DNA of 64,000 nt from Octopus vulgaris. Taxonomy: Eukaryota. Of the stretch, positions 1 through 13,511 are shown one piece after another. The notes under the pieces are model-generated. The model had not been told where the DNA came from, made no database searches, and worked only from the letters and a program-made list of their open reading frames with translations. The stretch covers positions 164,672,001-164,736,000 of the forward strand of contig OX597816.1 in NCBI GenBank assembly GCA_951406725.2, written 5' to 3'. The position numbers and the translations under genes were made by a program. Numbering within the stretch: the stretch's first letter is position 1; every line of letters begins with the position of its first letter.

Positions 1-106
1 ACATTTGTTTAAAAAGTCGTTATTTGCATTCTGAACCGCGTGATCTGAAACGACGACAGACATGCGCAGGTGTGGCTGTGTGGTGAGAAGTCTGCTGCAT
101 GTGAGC

Positions 107-169
<63 letters not shown>

Positions 170-649
170 TGTGTTAGTGTTTGTCCGCCACTACCACTTG
201 ACAATCAGTGTTGGTGTGTTTACGTCCCCTTAACTTAGCGGTTCGGTAAAAAAACCGATAGAGTAAGTACCAGGCTTTGAAAAAATAAATACGTACTGGG
301 GTCGATTCGTTCAATTAAAACTCTCCAAGGTGGTGGTTCACTATGGCCGCAGTCTAATGACTGACACAAGAAAAAGGTAAAAGATATTTGTTCTTAATAC
401 ATTCCGGTAGATTTGAACGTAAAATAGGCTTATCGCTGGAGGATATTGGCAGGAGGGAACAAGAGACACAATAAGTCGAAACACCGGTGTCCCACAGTCC
501 CTTGTACCAATGGGACGGATGTATTATGAACGTATTGTCGTCGTAAAGAGGAATTGTTCTGTGATGTGCACAACTGCTATGACCACATTTTCTGCTCGTA
601 TCTGCCGTAGTTTGAATTTAGTTTTTGTGACAAGATCAACAATTTCGGG

Positions 650-1010
650 AAAGGGTAAGTCAATTACATCGACCCCACTGTTCAACTGGTACTTATTTTA
701 TTGATCCTTGAAAGATGAAAGGCAGAGTCGACTTCGGCGGACTTTGAACTCAGAACGTAAAGACAGGCAAAATGCCTATTTCTTTACAACCCACAAGAGG
801 CTAAACACAGAGGGGACAAACAAGAACAGACGAACGGATTAAGTCGATTACATCGACCCCAGTGCGTAACTGGTACTTAATTTCTCGATCCCGAAAGGAT
901 GAAAGGCAAAGTCGACCTCGGCGGAATTTGAACTCGGAACGTAGCGGCAGACGAAATACCGCTAAGCATTTCACCTGGCATGCTAACAATTCCGCCAGAT
1001 CGCTGCCTTA
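650..1010 (-). mobile_element. tRNA-derived SINE, family B (AGGCGGCGAGCTGGCAG head), dimeric
   Basis: Reverse complement of the repeat at 22101 and 41770; shared core GAGTTCAAATTCCGCCGAGGTCGACTTTGCC present twice. Confidence 0.8.
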
Positions 1011-1530
1011 ATTTTTCCACATATCAAGAATAAAAATGGAACCGCTAAGTTACAGGGACGTAAATACACCAGCATCAGTTGTCAAGTGATGTTGAGATTG
1101 GGACAAACAGAGACAGAGAGACACACACACAGATACACACATATATACGATGGGCTTCTTTCAGTTTTCGTCTAGCAAATCCACTCACAAAGTTTTGGTC
1201 GATGCTATAGTAGAAGATACTTACCCAAGGTGCCACGTAGCAGGACTGAACCCAGAACCATGTGGTTGGTAAGCAAGCTACTTACCACACACCCACGCCT
1301 GCGTCTATGAATAACTTATTTTAAATTTTCTGTAATTTAGGCAATTTATGTGAATGTGCGTGGCCTAGTGGTTAAGGTGTTGCACAGATGATCGGTAGAT
1401 TGCAGTTTCGATCCTCGTGTGCGGTGGGGCATTACGTTCTTGAATAAAACACTTCATTTCACATTGTACCAGTCAATTCAGCGTTAAATGGATAAGCCCG
1501 CAACAGACTCGTCCCGTTCGTGAATTTTTT

Positions 1531-2052
1531 TCCAAGAGAGTTCCGGACCCCAGTTATGAACTCATTTGCATACAGCCAATCATAGCTTAACTATCAAACT
1601 AATTTATGAGCGCATTGCAAGTGTTGGGCGATAAGATAAGCTCACTTGGTTAAGGAATGACCATGCTTCTTTTCTCTCTTAACAATGCTTTTTGATCTTG
1701 TTCTTGTTTCAATCATGGCTGTCTCTGTGTAGTTATTTGTGTTGTTGTTTACTTTGTAAAGCGTAAAGGGGAAAAGGTTGCTAGCACATTACCCTCTACC
1801 CACATTTTTCCCGTCCACATTTTTACCACATGGGGCCCTAACAAAATGCAATAATAGGTATAGATGCAAATCTATTTAATTACTTGTCTCCAAAAATTAG
1901 GCATAACTTGGCGATCGGTCGACTTACAAAAGCATTCTTCGTCTTGAATTTACCTGGTAGAGTGTGTTTGTTAACTTGACAACAAGGTCAAGGTGAGCTC
2001 TGATTGGCTGCATGCAAATGAGCTCATAACTGCGGTCCGAAACTCTCATGGG
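1531..2052. mobile_element. MITE-like element with ~60 bp imperfect terminal inverted repeats
   Basis: ccaagagagttccggaccccagttatgaactcatttgcatacagccaatc is mirrored by gattggctgcatgcaaatgagctcataactgcggtccgaaactctcatgg; T-run and A-run flanks. Confidence 0.7.
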
Positions 2053-3415
2053 AAAAAAAAATTCGCATCCTGTTCAGGGGGAATTCTGTGATCTCGGTCA
2101 CTTATGCACCATGGAAACCGAGTAACCGGTCCTGCGTGGCCAAGGTGTTTGTTTCTGAAATATTCAAAGAAATGGTTCTCTGAAGATTACATATTTGTTA
2201 AAATATAGGCTATGATGTAAATGGTTAGGAATTGCTGCTGTAGAATTGAAGAGTGTCATAGTACGGTGTTAGAGGAATTAGAGGAAACTGCTAATGGATT
2301 TCCTCAGTAACAATGGGTATCGTAAATTTAGGAGAGTTTTGTTGGGTTTCAAGAATTTCGGTTGCTATCCTAAAGACAACTGAATTCATTGAAATCTTGC
2401 AAACGAGTATCTATTGATTTTGTAACATTACTTCACATATGAGAAAACTGGTGTATAGCCTCGTTATCTTGTTCAAGGTGGACTAGAAGTCTTGAAGTCT
2501 GACTGCATATGCCTGTCTGTGGACATAACTTTGTGGTTTGGTGGCCATAACCCGAATTCACAGAATCAACGTGGATAGGGTGAATTTAAAACAACACCAC
2601 ACCATGAATTTTTTGTAAAACTATTATTAATCATCAACATAAAAACAGCTTACAACAAATATACATACAAACAAACAGCCAATGCAACACCAAACGTGCA
2701 GTAAAAAGTTACAAGGGTAACATATGTACACAGTTCAGAAGTTCGGACTCCATATCTTGGTTTTTCAAAAGTAGCTTTCCAAAAATTTTGGGTTTCATAA
2801 AATCCAGATTTCCAGTTTTGTAAACATTCGGTTTTCAAACGTTGGATTTCGACAGTGGATTTCGAACCGTGACTTTAAGCGTTGTATTTTTATCTGTCTT
2901 GGATAAGCATCATGTATAAACAAAACGGAAGTCTAAAGGCAAACCTTTTGATACCAACACGCCTGAGACAGTCCTTGGTTCTGTGATACAAACTTCGTGG
3001 TCTGAATTAAAATATTCCTTCAAAATTTCAAGATAACTTATTTTCCAAAGACCAGCTTAATAAGGACAAAGCTATTTTCCCTATATTCTTCATTATTTTC
3101 AAAATAAATTGAGAGAAAATCAGTGTTTCAATAGCTGTATAGTAACAGGCTTTAATACAAAAATATAAAAAATACTGGTATCGATTCAACCGACAAAAAA
3201 TTCTTCAAGGCAGTGCTCCAGTATGGCCGTAGTCTAATGAATGAAGCCATTAAAAAATTAAAAGGTAATATATATCCCTTTATCCTTCTACTAGTTTCAG
3301 TCATTGAACAGTGGTCGTGCTTGAGCACCATATATGTGTGTGTGTGTGTGTGTGTGTATACATATACATATATAAATATATATATATGTATGTATATATG
3401 TATACATATGTATAC

Positions 3416-3500
<85 letters not shown>

Positions 3501-4124
3501 GACAGAGAGTCAGAGACAGAGAGTCAGAGAGAGGTTATATATATATACTTATATATATATATATAAATATTCAAATAAATATGTGTATAATTGTGTGTGT
3601 GTGTGTCTGTGTTCTGTGTATATTCTAGTAAACGGTACAAGTAAACGTGATTTAGTAATCTTTGATCTTTTGTCTATGTTTCCCCCGCCTTACGAACCCC
3701 CCACCCCCTCCTCCACCAAATTTTCGGAATACTAACGAAATAACTAAACAGCCATAAAATTCTTTTCATATTATAAATTCATACCATTAGCATTCATAGC
3801 TTTTATTGCTGTTTATTCTAAATTAGTCGGGTGTTTAGTTCCGCCACCCCCATCACCAGTATACCATAGTATAGTAATTATCTTTGCATCGTTTGCTTGT
3901 TTCACTCATTAGACTGTGGCCATGCTGGGGCACCACCTTGAAGAATTTTTCCTTTTTTAAGCTTTGTGCATATTCCATTCGGCTCTATTTGCCGAACACC
4001 TTATTTATGATGACGTAAACACACCAACACCGGTTGTCAAGCGGTGGTGGAAGACCAATATAGATACAAAGACGAGCGCACGCACACACACACACACACA
4101 CATACACACACGCGCGCGCGTAAT

Positions 4125-4440
4125 ATATCACCATGATCACCGTGACCGACCAGGCTATCATATTTTGATACACATCTCTGGTCACAATACGCTTCGCATT
4201 GTTTTAGCCTTCAAATGACGCCACTCCGCTGCCTAAGCGAGTAGACCAACAGAAGAAAAAATGAGAGAAAGTTGTGGCGAAAGAGTACAGCAGGGATCGC
4301 CGCTACCGCCTGCCGGAGGCTCGGGGAACTTTAGGTGTTTTCGCTCAATAAACACTCACAACGCTCGGTCTGGAAATCGAAACCGCGATCCTACGACTGC
4401 GAGTCCACTGCCCTAACCACTGGGCTATTGCGACTCTACG
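4125..4440 (-). mobile_element. tRNA-derived SINE, family C (short-tail variant)
   Basis: Diverged reverse complement of 24839-25150 with A/B-box-like head. Confidence 0.75.
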
Positions 4441-5163
4441 CATAATATATATGTGTATATATATGGCTAGTTTTTACAGTTTCCGTCTATCAAATCCACT
4501 CACAAGGCTTTGGTTGGCCCTAGGTTATAGAAGGAAACACTTACTCAAAGTACCACGCAGTGGGACTGAACCCGGATCCATGTGGTTGGGGAACAAATTT
4601 CTTATCATACAGCCACGCTGGTGTCTAATTAGGGACGTGACTGAATTGATAAATATATACCACATTAATTTTCCTCGATTGACCTAAGGCCTGTTGGCAG
4701 AAGGGGTTAGTTGATTACACTGAACATAGTACTTGAGTTGTATATATTTTATCGATCCCGAAAAGATGAAACACACCGTCGACCTCAGAACGTAAAGATC
4801 CGAAAGAAATGCTACTAACCACTTAGTCCGACATGATAACAATTTTTCCAGTTCGCCGCTTTAATACATATGTCTTAATAAAAGCATTTCTGTATTCCAG
4901 ACAGTTATACATACTATTATTTACTGTGATTTATTCATTACTAGCAGAGGTACCCGGCGTTGTTCGGGGTGTGAACTCATCGTCATTCTCAGAACACTTA
5001 TTTTCTAGTCTCACAACCAGCGCCGCCGAAGCTTTTTTGGAAAACGTACATAATTCCACACCAAAACGTACGAAAATTCACAAAAACGTACAAAATATTT
5101 TTGAAATATGTCACAACCACACAATTAGAGAAAAATATCGGTTTTTCTAAGAAAATTTGAAAT

Positions 5164-5335
5164 AGGCGTAGGAGTGGCTGTGTGGTAAGTAGCCTGCTTA
5201 CGAACCACATGGTTTCGGGTTCAGTCCCACCGCGTGACACCTTGGGCAAGTGTCTTCTACTATAGTCTCGGGCCGACCAAAGCCTTCTGAGTAGATTTGG
5301 TAGACGGAAACTGAAAGAAGCCCGTCGTAAATATG

Positions 5336-5368
<33 letters not shown>

Positions 5369-5580
5369 TTGTGTGTTTGTCCACCCCCCCCCCAACATCG
5401 CTTGACAACCGATGCTAGTATGTTTACGTCCCCGTAACTTAGCGGTTCGGCAATAGAGACCGATAGAATAAGTACTAGGCTTACAAAGAATAAGTCCTGG
5501 GGTCGATTCGTTCGACTAAAGGCGGTGCTCCAGTATGGCCACAGTCAAGTGACTGAAATACATAAAAGAATAAAAGAATA
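5164..5580 (+). mobile_element. tRNA-derived SINE, family A, full length
   Basis: A box TGGCTGTGTGG, B-box-like GGTTCAGTCCC, internal (TA)/(TG) tract, tail GGCGGTGCTCCAGTATGGCC...TAAAAGAA; many further copies in the window. Confidence 0.85.
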
Positions 5581-6464
5581 GGCACGTGCAAACAGATATA
5601 TTTTCTCATTTATTCTCCAAAGGTTTGTGTGAATGGATTGCGGCCATGCTGGGGTACTGTGTTTGAAGTTATTTCTTCCAATCGATTGTATTGTTCCCTA
5701 GTATCTTCCCAACCTGGTCCATATTTTAACAGTCACCCTTTATCGAAATTGTCAAAGGAAAAAAAGATACCTACATCGAAGCACTCAATACCACAAGGAA
5801 TTTTTGTTCGATATTTATGCCGACACGTTTCACACATATACTCAAACACACACACATACACACAGACACAAACACATACACACACACAGACACACGCATA
5901 TACACATACATACACAGAGATACACATATACATACACAGAAACACACAGACTTACATACACATACACACACATATACACACATATACACCTACTCACACA
6001 GACAGACAAGCACACACACACATTTAGCTCTTATCTTTTACATGCCTCAGTCACTGGATCGCGGCCACGCTGGGACAACCACCTTCAAAGGTTTCATCGA
6101 ACAAAGTGACTCCAATACTTATTTTTAAGTATGCCATGGGGTCGTAAACAAACTAACACTAAGCACCGTGTATCTGGGAATCGAAACTGCGATCTTGCGA
6201 TCGTGCGTGCAACACCCTAACCTTCAGGCCATGCACCTCCCCCCCCCCACACACTAATGGGTGTGCTCATGCGTGTCCTTGTGCGACCGACTCCACGTAG
6301 CATTATGCTGTTTGGCATGATCTCAGCTCATAATGCTCTCTGTATAGCATTCTCTGAGACCGGTTACGGTCCATAAACTGCTTCCTGCTCATGCTCTCCC
6401 TGTCTCCCTTCTCTCCTCCTCTCGTTCTCACTCTTTATCTCTATCCAACCTCCCTCTCTCTTTA

Positions 6465-6496
<32 letters not shown>

Positions 6497-7319
6497 CCTC
6501 ACAATATATGTATATATTACAAATCGCATTGATGGTAGCTAGAAGTGGTTTAGTGTTCATGATGGTGGTGTTGATGGAGAAGACTATACAGGTAAACATC
6601 ATCATCATCATTAGCACAACCACTATCATTACCACCACCATCTTCGTCTTCCTGCTTTTCCTTCATCTTGCTCCTCTTCCTCCTCCCCCTCGTCGTCGTT
6701 ACCTTGACGACCAAATCAGCCAAGAGTGTGTTGACTGTATACAAGAGAATGTATTGACCGAACGATGAAAACACTCCTACTAGACTTGGTCAAAACCCAA
6801 CGGATCGAAAACTGCCGCAGGCGTGGATGTGTGCTATGAAGTCACCCTAGGAACATGGAACGTGTCTTCTACTATGACTGCAAGCTGAGCAAAGCTTTGT
6901 GGGTAGATTTGACAGACGGAAATAGTCTGAATTTTGTCACTGAACAGGTCGCGGTGTCAAAGTGACGAAAATATTTTGGTAAATTAAATTTAAATGTTGA
7001 AGTGAACCTAACTGTTTTTGTGTGTTTTTAAATGGCTTATAAACACCTCCCACATTGCAGTTGTTTCTGTTTCAGCATTCGATCTCAGATCAGGTCACTT
7101 GCTATGCAAATACATCTCCTAACATATAAGAATTACGGAATTGAGTAGATAAGATCCTGGCTACAAATGTAACCTCAGAAGTGGTAAATATCCAGGCGTG
7201 GTGTATACCCGAGGCTACTCTTCAGGCCAAGAATATCTTGATTGAATGAAAGTTTACATTGCTGCAAGGAGGTACATCTTAACGCACGGAAGATTCAATC
7301 AGAATGTGCAGAAATCAGA

Positions 7320-8312
7320 GTAGGATAGGTCAGCTGTAAAGTTCATAGGTTGACCAAGTTACTTTCATGGAATGAAACTAATTGATGTTTAATCTTTAAC
7401 ACAGCTCCTTTTGTGGTCGACACGCTTCTTCCATCGGTATTGCTGTGTTTGAATACCATTTGTGAAGAAAATTTCATCCTGTGGGTCAAAAGTGTTTTCA
7501 ATAGCAGATGTGACTTCATCGTCACTGCGATACTGGTTCACAACCAAGTGTTTTTACATATTAGGGAACGGATAGCTGGAGCTCCATCAGTGCACATCCC
7601 TATCGGCGAATCCCACGAAAGTTGGTTTTCCTGAAAGAAGTTTGATACATCATAAAATAGCTGCTGCTGTTGTACAACTATCCGTAGGGTGACAGAACAA
7701 CATTTCCTCTTTTACACAATTGCCTGACACAAAACGAGCATAAACCAGTAGCCAACCGAGAAAACTGAGCGATGTCAGTCGTTTCGTCACGCTGGATGGT
7801 AAAAATGAGAGAATCTCTTACTTGGTCGAAAATTTGACCTTTCATGTCTTGAGACAAGTCATCGATCTTTCTCTTCACTGTATCGTTTGATAAGGAAATC
7901 TGGGAAAGTTTGTTTGCACTATCTTTCCCCAGAACGGCTTCTGCTGCACGGAGTAGACTTGGTTTTATGAGATTCTCCGATGTTATGCCTCTTCTTGCTC
8001 TTTGCATTCAACATGGTGATCTCAAAGGAAGCCTCAACAACCATTGAAGTTTGTTGCCGAAATACCCCACTACCGTACAACTTAGTTTGCTTCAAAGAAT
8101 GTCTTTTTGTTTCAAAGAATGCCTTGGGCTTGTCTGCAAGAGCAGCATGTGTTGTCCTCAAGTGACGTTCCAAACGTGAAAGTCACATTCCATCATGGCC
8201 CGAAGTCTTGTAACATATCACACACTGGGGGACTTCTGTGTCATCCTTTTGGAGGGACACGAATCCAAATCGAATATATTCGTCAAGATACTTCCGTTTC
8301 TTTGCACTCCTT
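7320..8312 (-). pseudogene. Decayed hAT (Buster/Charlie, ZBED5-like) transposase
   Basis: Frameshifted translations: RKYLDEYIRFGF..PQCVIC..ERHL..H (BED finger), IKPSLLRAAEAVLG..LSNDTVKRKIDDLSQD, DETTDIAQ (first catalytic Asp motif). Confidence 0.85.
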
Positions 8313-9444
8313 GCGAATTATTTGATGTGCAGTGGACAGCACAAATATGTGAACAAAAAGTAAGGCACGAGTAAGGTAATGTCAAGGCTCAAGTTAGAAC
8401 GCTCGCCTAAGTTACGAAAAATATTAAAATAAAAAATAATTGGAATGAAAGTTAAATTAAAAGAAAAGTCACACAAAAAATTTGTGCAATAAAATATTGT
8501 ATTTATTTGTACGAAAATATAAAAAAAACGTTTCTTTAAAAAAGAAAAGATTTTGTATAACTTTTAGTTTTATCTAGTACATTCTGTAACATTTAAATCT
8601 GAATTTTAGTTTAACATTCGGTTTTATATTATAACTTACACTATGAACTGGCAACGCCGGGTCATAGTGCTAGTGCATGCATATACAGCTGCGTGCGTGC
8701 GCACATACACGCGAGTACTGTCCAAATCTCCGACCAATCACATACAGCTAGCTGGCATTCAATTGGCGTATCAAGTTTCGGGCATTTTAATCGGGTTTTA
8801 GATAGAAAATTCACCAAAAATCACTTCTATTGATTTTTTTAATGGCTTTGCGGGGTGACTGGGGAAATGTAAAGATGTGCACGACCACCCTTGGACGGTT
8901 TTGAATGACCATAGAAAGTGCGAACCCTCTAACTGAAAAATTGTGGATTTGTATAAAGAACACACACGCAGACATTTTGCCGTTTATATATAGAGAGATT
9001 ATGATACATCATCTAGAGGCAGAAATAATTGTAATGAATTGGAAACTTCTGCTGTATGGTATTTGATATACCTGTATTTGTTTATGTTATACCAGTACAA
9101 GGGTTAATTGTACAGTAATTTAAAGGGATCCTCTTTGTCACATCATGTCACACTAATTCTGTCTGAGAGTTGCGGTAAGGCTACACGTGTCTGGAATACT
9201 CAGCCACCTAAGCGTTAATTTCATGAAGAGGAATCTGATTGGTCTAGCACATGAATGCTCATCATCAAGACCGACGGAGAGTCTATGATTCACTTTTTGT
9301 TTTTTCTAATAATTTTTTTGATAGTTATTAAGCATATTTTTTTAATGAATTTATAAAAAGTCAAGATAGCCACGGACATGACGTGTTTAATCATTGACCT
9401 ACCCCCCAAAAACTGACTAAAGCTCCCTATAAAAAAACAGTAAT

Positions 9445-9810
9445 TGTTGATAACGATCTCAGTTGGCGTGCCCACATCAACAATAAGGTCGATGTAGCTC
9501 GTAGGATGGGCTCCTGGATCTTAAGAACCTTCCGGTCAAGAGAACGAGGTGTCATCTTACCACTTTTCTCCTCCTTTGTACGGCCGCACCTCGAATACTG
9601 CTGCCTTTTGTGGTCTGCCCATACAAAACAAAACATCTCGAAAATTGAATCACCCCAGAGGGCACTCAGTAAACGAATTGAAGGCATGACTGATCTTGAT
9701 TAATGGGACCGCCTTAAAGCCTTGAAACTCTACTCTCTCCAGCGCCACCGCGAGCGGTACATCATTTGTACGATGCGGAGAATATACCGCCAGCATTGCC
9801 CAAACGATAA
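9445..9810 (+). mobile_element. CR1/L2-group LINE ORF2 C-terminal fragment
   Basis: WILRTFRSR..FVRPHLEYCCLLWS..IESPQR..WDRLKALKLYSLQR.RER with an internal stop; related to 50345-51720. Confidence 0.8.
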
Positions 9811-10318
9811 TGAGGCTGCGATTCATGTAAAAGTAATAAGATCATGGGTTCATTAGGTTAAGTTTTATTTGTGAAATACAGTTGCTTTGAATTTGCCTCA
9901 GAAAGAGATCTGTGTTTGTGATGGTTAGTTGGGGTTGGGGTACTAGGAATGTGGCCTGGGTGTCAAGGGGGCGGCAGTCCGAAAACGTTTGGGAACCATT
10001 GCTATAAAGTTAAATGTTGGTCCAACACATGAATATTCACCGTCGATACAGACGGAGACTCTACGATATACTTTTGTCTTTTTTCTCTTTTTCTCTTTTA
10101 CTCTTTTACTTGTTTCAGTCATTTGACTGTGGCAATGCTGGAGCACTGCCTTTAGTCGAGCAAATCGCCCCAGGACTTATTATTTGTGAGCCTAGTACTT
10201 ATTCTATCGGTTTGCTTTGCCGAACCGCTAAGTCACGGGGACGTAAACGCACCAGCATCGGTTGTCAAGCGATGTTGGGGGAGGGGGAGACAAACACAGA
10301 CACACAAACACGCACACA

Positions 10319-10366
<48 letters not shown>

Positions 10367-10399
10367 TACACACACATATATATATCTCTTTCTTTCTCT

Positions 10400-10796
10400 T
10401 TTCTCTTTTACTTGTTTCAGTCATTTGACTGCGGCCATGCTGGAGCACCGCCTTTAATCGAGTAACTCGATCCCGGGACTTATTCTTTGTAGTAAGCCCA
10501 GTACTTATTCTATCGGTCTCTTTTGCCGAGCCGCTAAGTGACGGGGACGTAAACACACCAGCATAGGTTGTCAAGCAATGCTAGGGGGACAAACACTGAC
10601 ACACAAACACATACACACACATATATACATATATACGACAGGCTTCTTTCAGTTTCCGTCTACCAAATCCACTCACAAGGCATTGGTCGGCCCGGGGCTA
10701 TAGCAGAAGACACTTGCCCAAGATGCCACGCAGTGAGACTGAACCCGGAACCATGTGGTTGGTTAGCAAGCTACTTACCACACAGACACTCCTGCG

Positions 10797-10800
<4 letters not shown>
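10400..10800 (-). mobile_element. SINE family A, full length
   Basis: Reverse complement of 5164-5580 and 58072-58488. Confidence 0.85.
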
Positions 10801-10888
<88 letters not shown>

Positions 10889-10891
<3 letters not shown>

Positions 10892-10927
10892 ATGGTATTA
10901 TTAAAATACCATCACAAGTGGTAAGCG

Positions 10928-10967
<40 letters not shown>

Positions 10968-11006
10968 ATGGTATTATTAAAATACCATCACAAGTGGTAA
11001 GCGAAT

Positions 11007-11040
<34 letters not shown>

Positions 11041-11238
11041 ATGGTATTATTAAAATACCATCACAAGTGGTAAGCGAATTATTAGCCGTACGGGCAAATT
11101 AATAACATATACATACAATATTAGATATGTATATATATACAGAAGAGTACTACATGAGTACCTATATCGCTAATTATAGAAGTAAAAAAATACTTATGTA
11201 CCACCAAATAGTCACAAATCTATTACAGACAAAGTAGG

Positions 11239-11240
<2 letters not shown>
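10889..11240. repeat. Three copies of a ~43 bp hairpin-containing element end separated by (TA)n
   Basis: gggatggtattattaaaataccatcacaagtggtaagcgaatt at 10889, 10965 and 11038; the third continues ~160 bp to another (TA)n. Confidence 0.9.
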
Positions 11241-11294
<54 letters not shown>

Positions 11295-12527
11295 GACGGG
11301 CTTCTTTCAGTTTCTGCCTATCAAATCCACTCACAAGGCTTTGGTCGGTCCGAGGCTATAGTAGAAGACACTTGCCCAAGGTGCCACGCAGGGACCGAGG
11401 AGTGGTTTATGACGAATTTCCTACTACTTCACTATATACATATGGTTAGTAAGCAACCTACTTACCACAGAGCCACTCCTAAATTATTTTTTTTTATAAT
11501 ACAATAATTGAAGCATATTTTTTAAAGAGATTTCTAAGAAGGCAAGTTAGCCACGGACAGAGTGTCTTTAACCATTGACCTACCAAAAGAGAGCTGACTC
11601 AAGTTCGTTATAAAAAGAACACTAGCAGCAGCAGTACTGAAAACTATAAATTCGACCTTGTTTGTACCTAAACTATTATAGTGACGCAGCAGAAGTTTTG
11701 TTGTTAAAGAGTTAAATGTCGTGAATGTTATGATAAAATGACTGATATATTTAGAGACATATAAGTATAAGCTACGTTGACATACTTCACTCATATACAC
11801 ATAGTTCTCATGGGCAATTTGTACACTTACGCACGCATGCACGCACACACACATACATACATCACATCACACATCATACATACACACACTCACATTACGC
11901 ATACACACGCACATAAACATATACACAGACGCACACGCACATACACAAACACACACACATGCACAAACCCACACAGACACACGCACACACAGACAGACAC
12001 AAACACACACATAGAGAGACACAAACACACACACAGACACACACACACACAGATACACACGCACACATTACACACATACACATTATACATACACACACAC
12101 ACACAAAAACACACACAGGCACACACAAACACAAACACACACACGCAAACATACACAGACACACACGAACACAAACACACACACACACACACACACAAGT
12201 ATATATATATATGTGTATGTAAATATTTGTATATTACAGTATTGACAAAACTATCCGATATTGTTTTGCATCGCTTGTCACGGTACGCTTGGCTTTGTTT
12301 TAACCGTCGAACGACGCCGTCTCGCTGGTTATGTTAACATCCCCTCCTCCCCACCTGAAAGGAAGAGTAGTCCGAAACAGGTTTCGCCCATTTACGGCTG
12401 GATGGACTGGAGCAATGTGAAAGGAAATATTTTGCTGAAGAACACAATGAGCCGCCCGGTCTTGAAATCGAACTCGTGAGCTACCAATCGTGAGTGCAAC
12501 ACACTAACCACTTGGCTACACGCCTTC

Positions 12528-12610
<83 letters not shown>

Positions 12611-12616
<6 letters not shown>

Positions 12617-13453
12617 CATATATTTTATTTATTACACTATTGTATGACTGAGCGCCTTCGCGTCGATTCGATTCGATTCGTTCCGTTTCGTTTCTTCTTC
12701 TTCTCCCAGTACAGTTTTTATATATAATTATGACGCGAAACCCTATACCTCTTTGCTTAACCTTCCCTTCTCTCCCTTTCTCTCTCTCTCTCACTCCTCC
12801 TCATCTCTCTCACAGCCGTTTGTCTTCCTCTATCTCTCTCTCTCTCTCACTCCTCATCTCTCTCACAGCCGGCCAAATACTTCCTTTTGCATGCGGCCTT
12901 CTAACTGTAAACACACGGTTTTCTTGCGCTCCTTGAATCTCTCCTCGTCTAGGCAAAAAAGGCCCTCTTTGGTTGTTTTCTTGTGTGTTTTTATTTCTTG
13001 TATTGTATTTTTTTGTAATTGTATTTTTATTTTGTATTTTATTTTGTATTTTATTTTGTAATTTTATTTGTATCGTTTTTACGTCCTGTTTGTGTCACAT
13101 TTTGTTATTTCCTTGTTTTTACCCCTCTGCGAAGTAATTTCCTTTAATTTCTTCGCAGGAAGGGCTAGTTCGACGAGTCGTGTTCTGTCCTCACCTTCGA
13201 AACACGCTGGAGTTGAACTAGGGACAGCTGATGAAGGGGATTTTTCCTTGTGTAGTTTGTCTAGTACTCTGTTTTTTCTTTGTAAAAAAAAGGTTCGTTC
13301 CATGCTTGTTTTTACGTTCTCGTTGAGTTCTGCGTCTATTTGTGGTGTCCTGTACTCACGTATATATATTTATATATGCATGTATATATACATGTAGATG
13401 TAGGTACGTACATATATGTATATATGTATGCATATATTTTATTTATTACACTA

Positions 13454-13454
<1 letters not shown>
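12611..13454 (+). mobile_element. Non-coding ribozyme-bearing element with 30 bp terminal direct repeat, inserted in (TA)n
   Basis: tgtatgcatatattttatttattacactat at 12611 and 13425 (814 bp period); CT-rich body, permuted HHR at 13122, tail shared with 37.3, 37.5, 44.7 and 46.8 kb. Confidence 0.7.
13122..13239 (+). ncRNA. Non-circularly permuted hammerhead ribozyme, complete copy
   Basis: Closing CCCCU/AGGGG; hairpin CUGCGAAG/CUUCGCAG; II GAAGG/CCUUC; P0 CUAGUUC/GAACUAG; III CGUGU/ACACG; GUU site (cut after 13184); I CUGUCC/GGACAG; GAAA 13199-13202; CUGAUGA 13228-13234. Confidence 0.8.

Positions 13455-13511
<57 letters not shown>

Noticed and set aside
13165-13221. Reading the 13.2 kb motif as an ordinary type I HHR with CUAGUUC/GAACUAG as helix I
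   Set aside because: Needs a broken core and leaves the perfect CUGAUGA and the other helices unexplained; the permuted model fits all copies.
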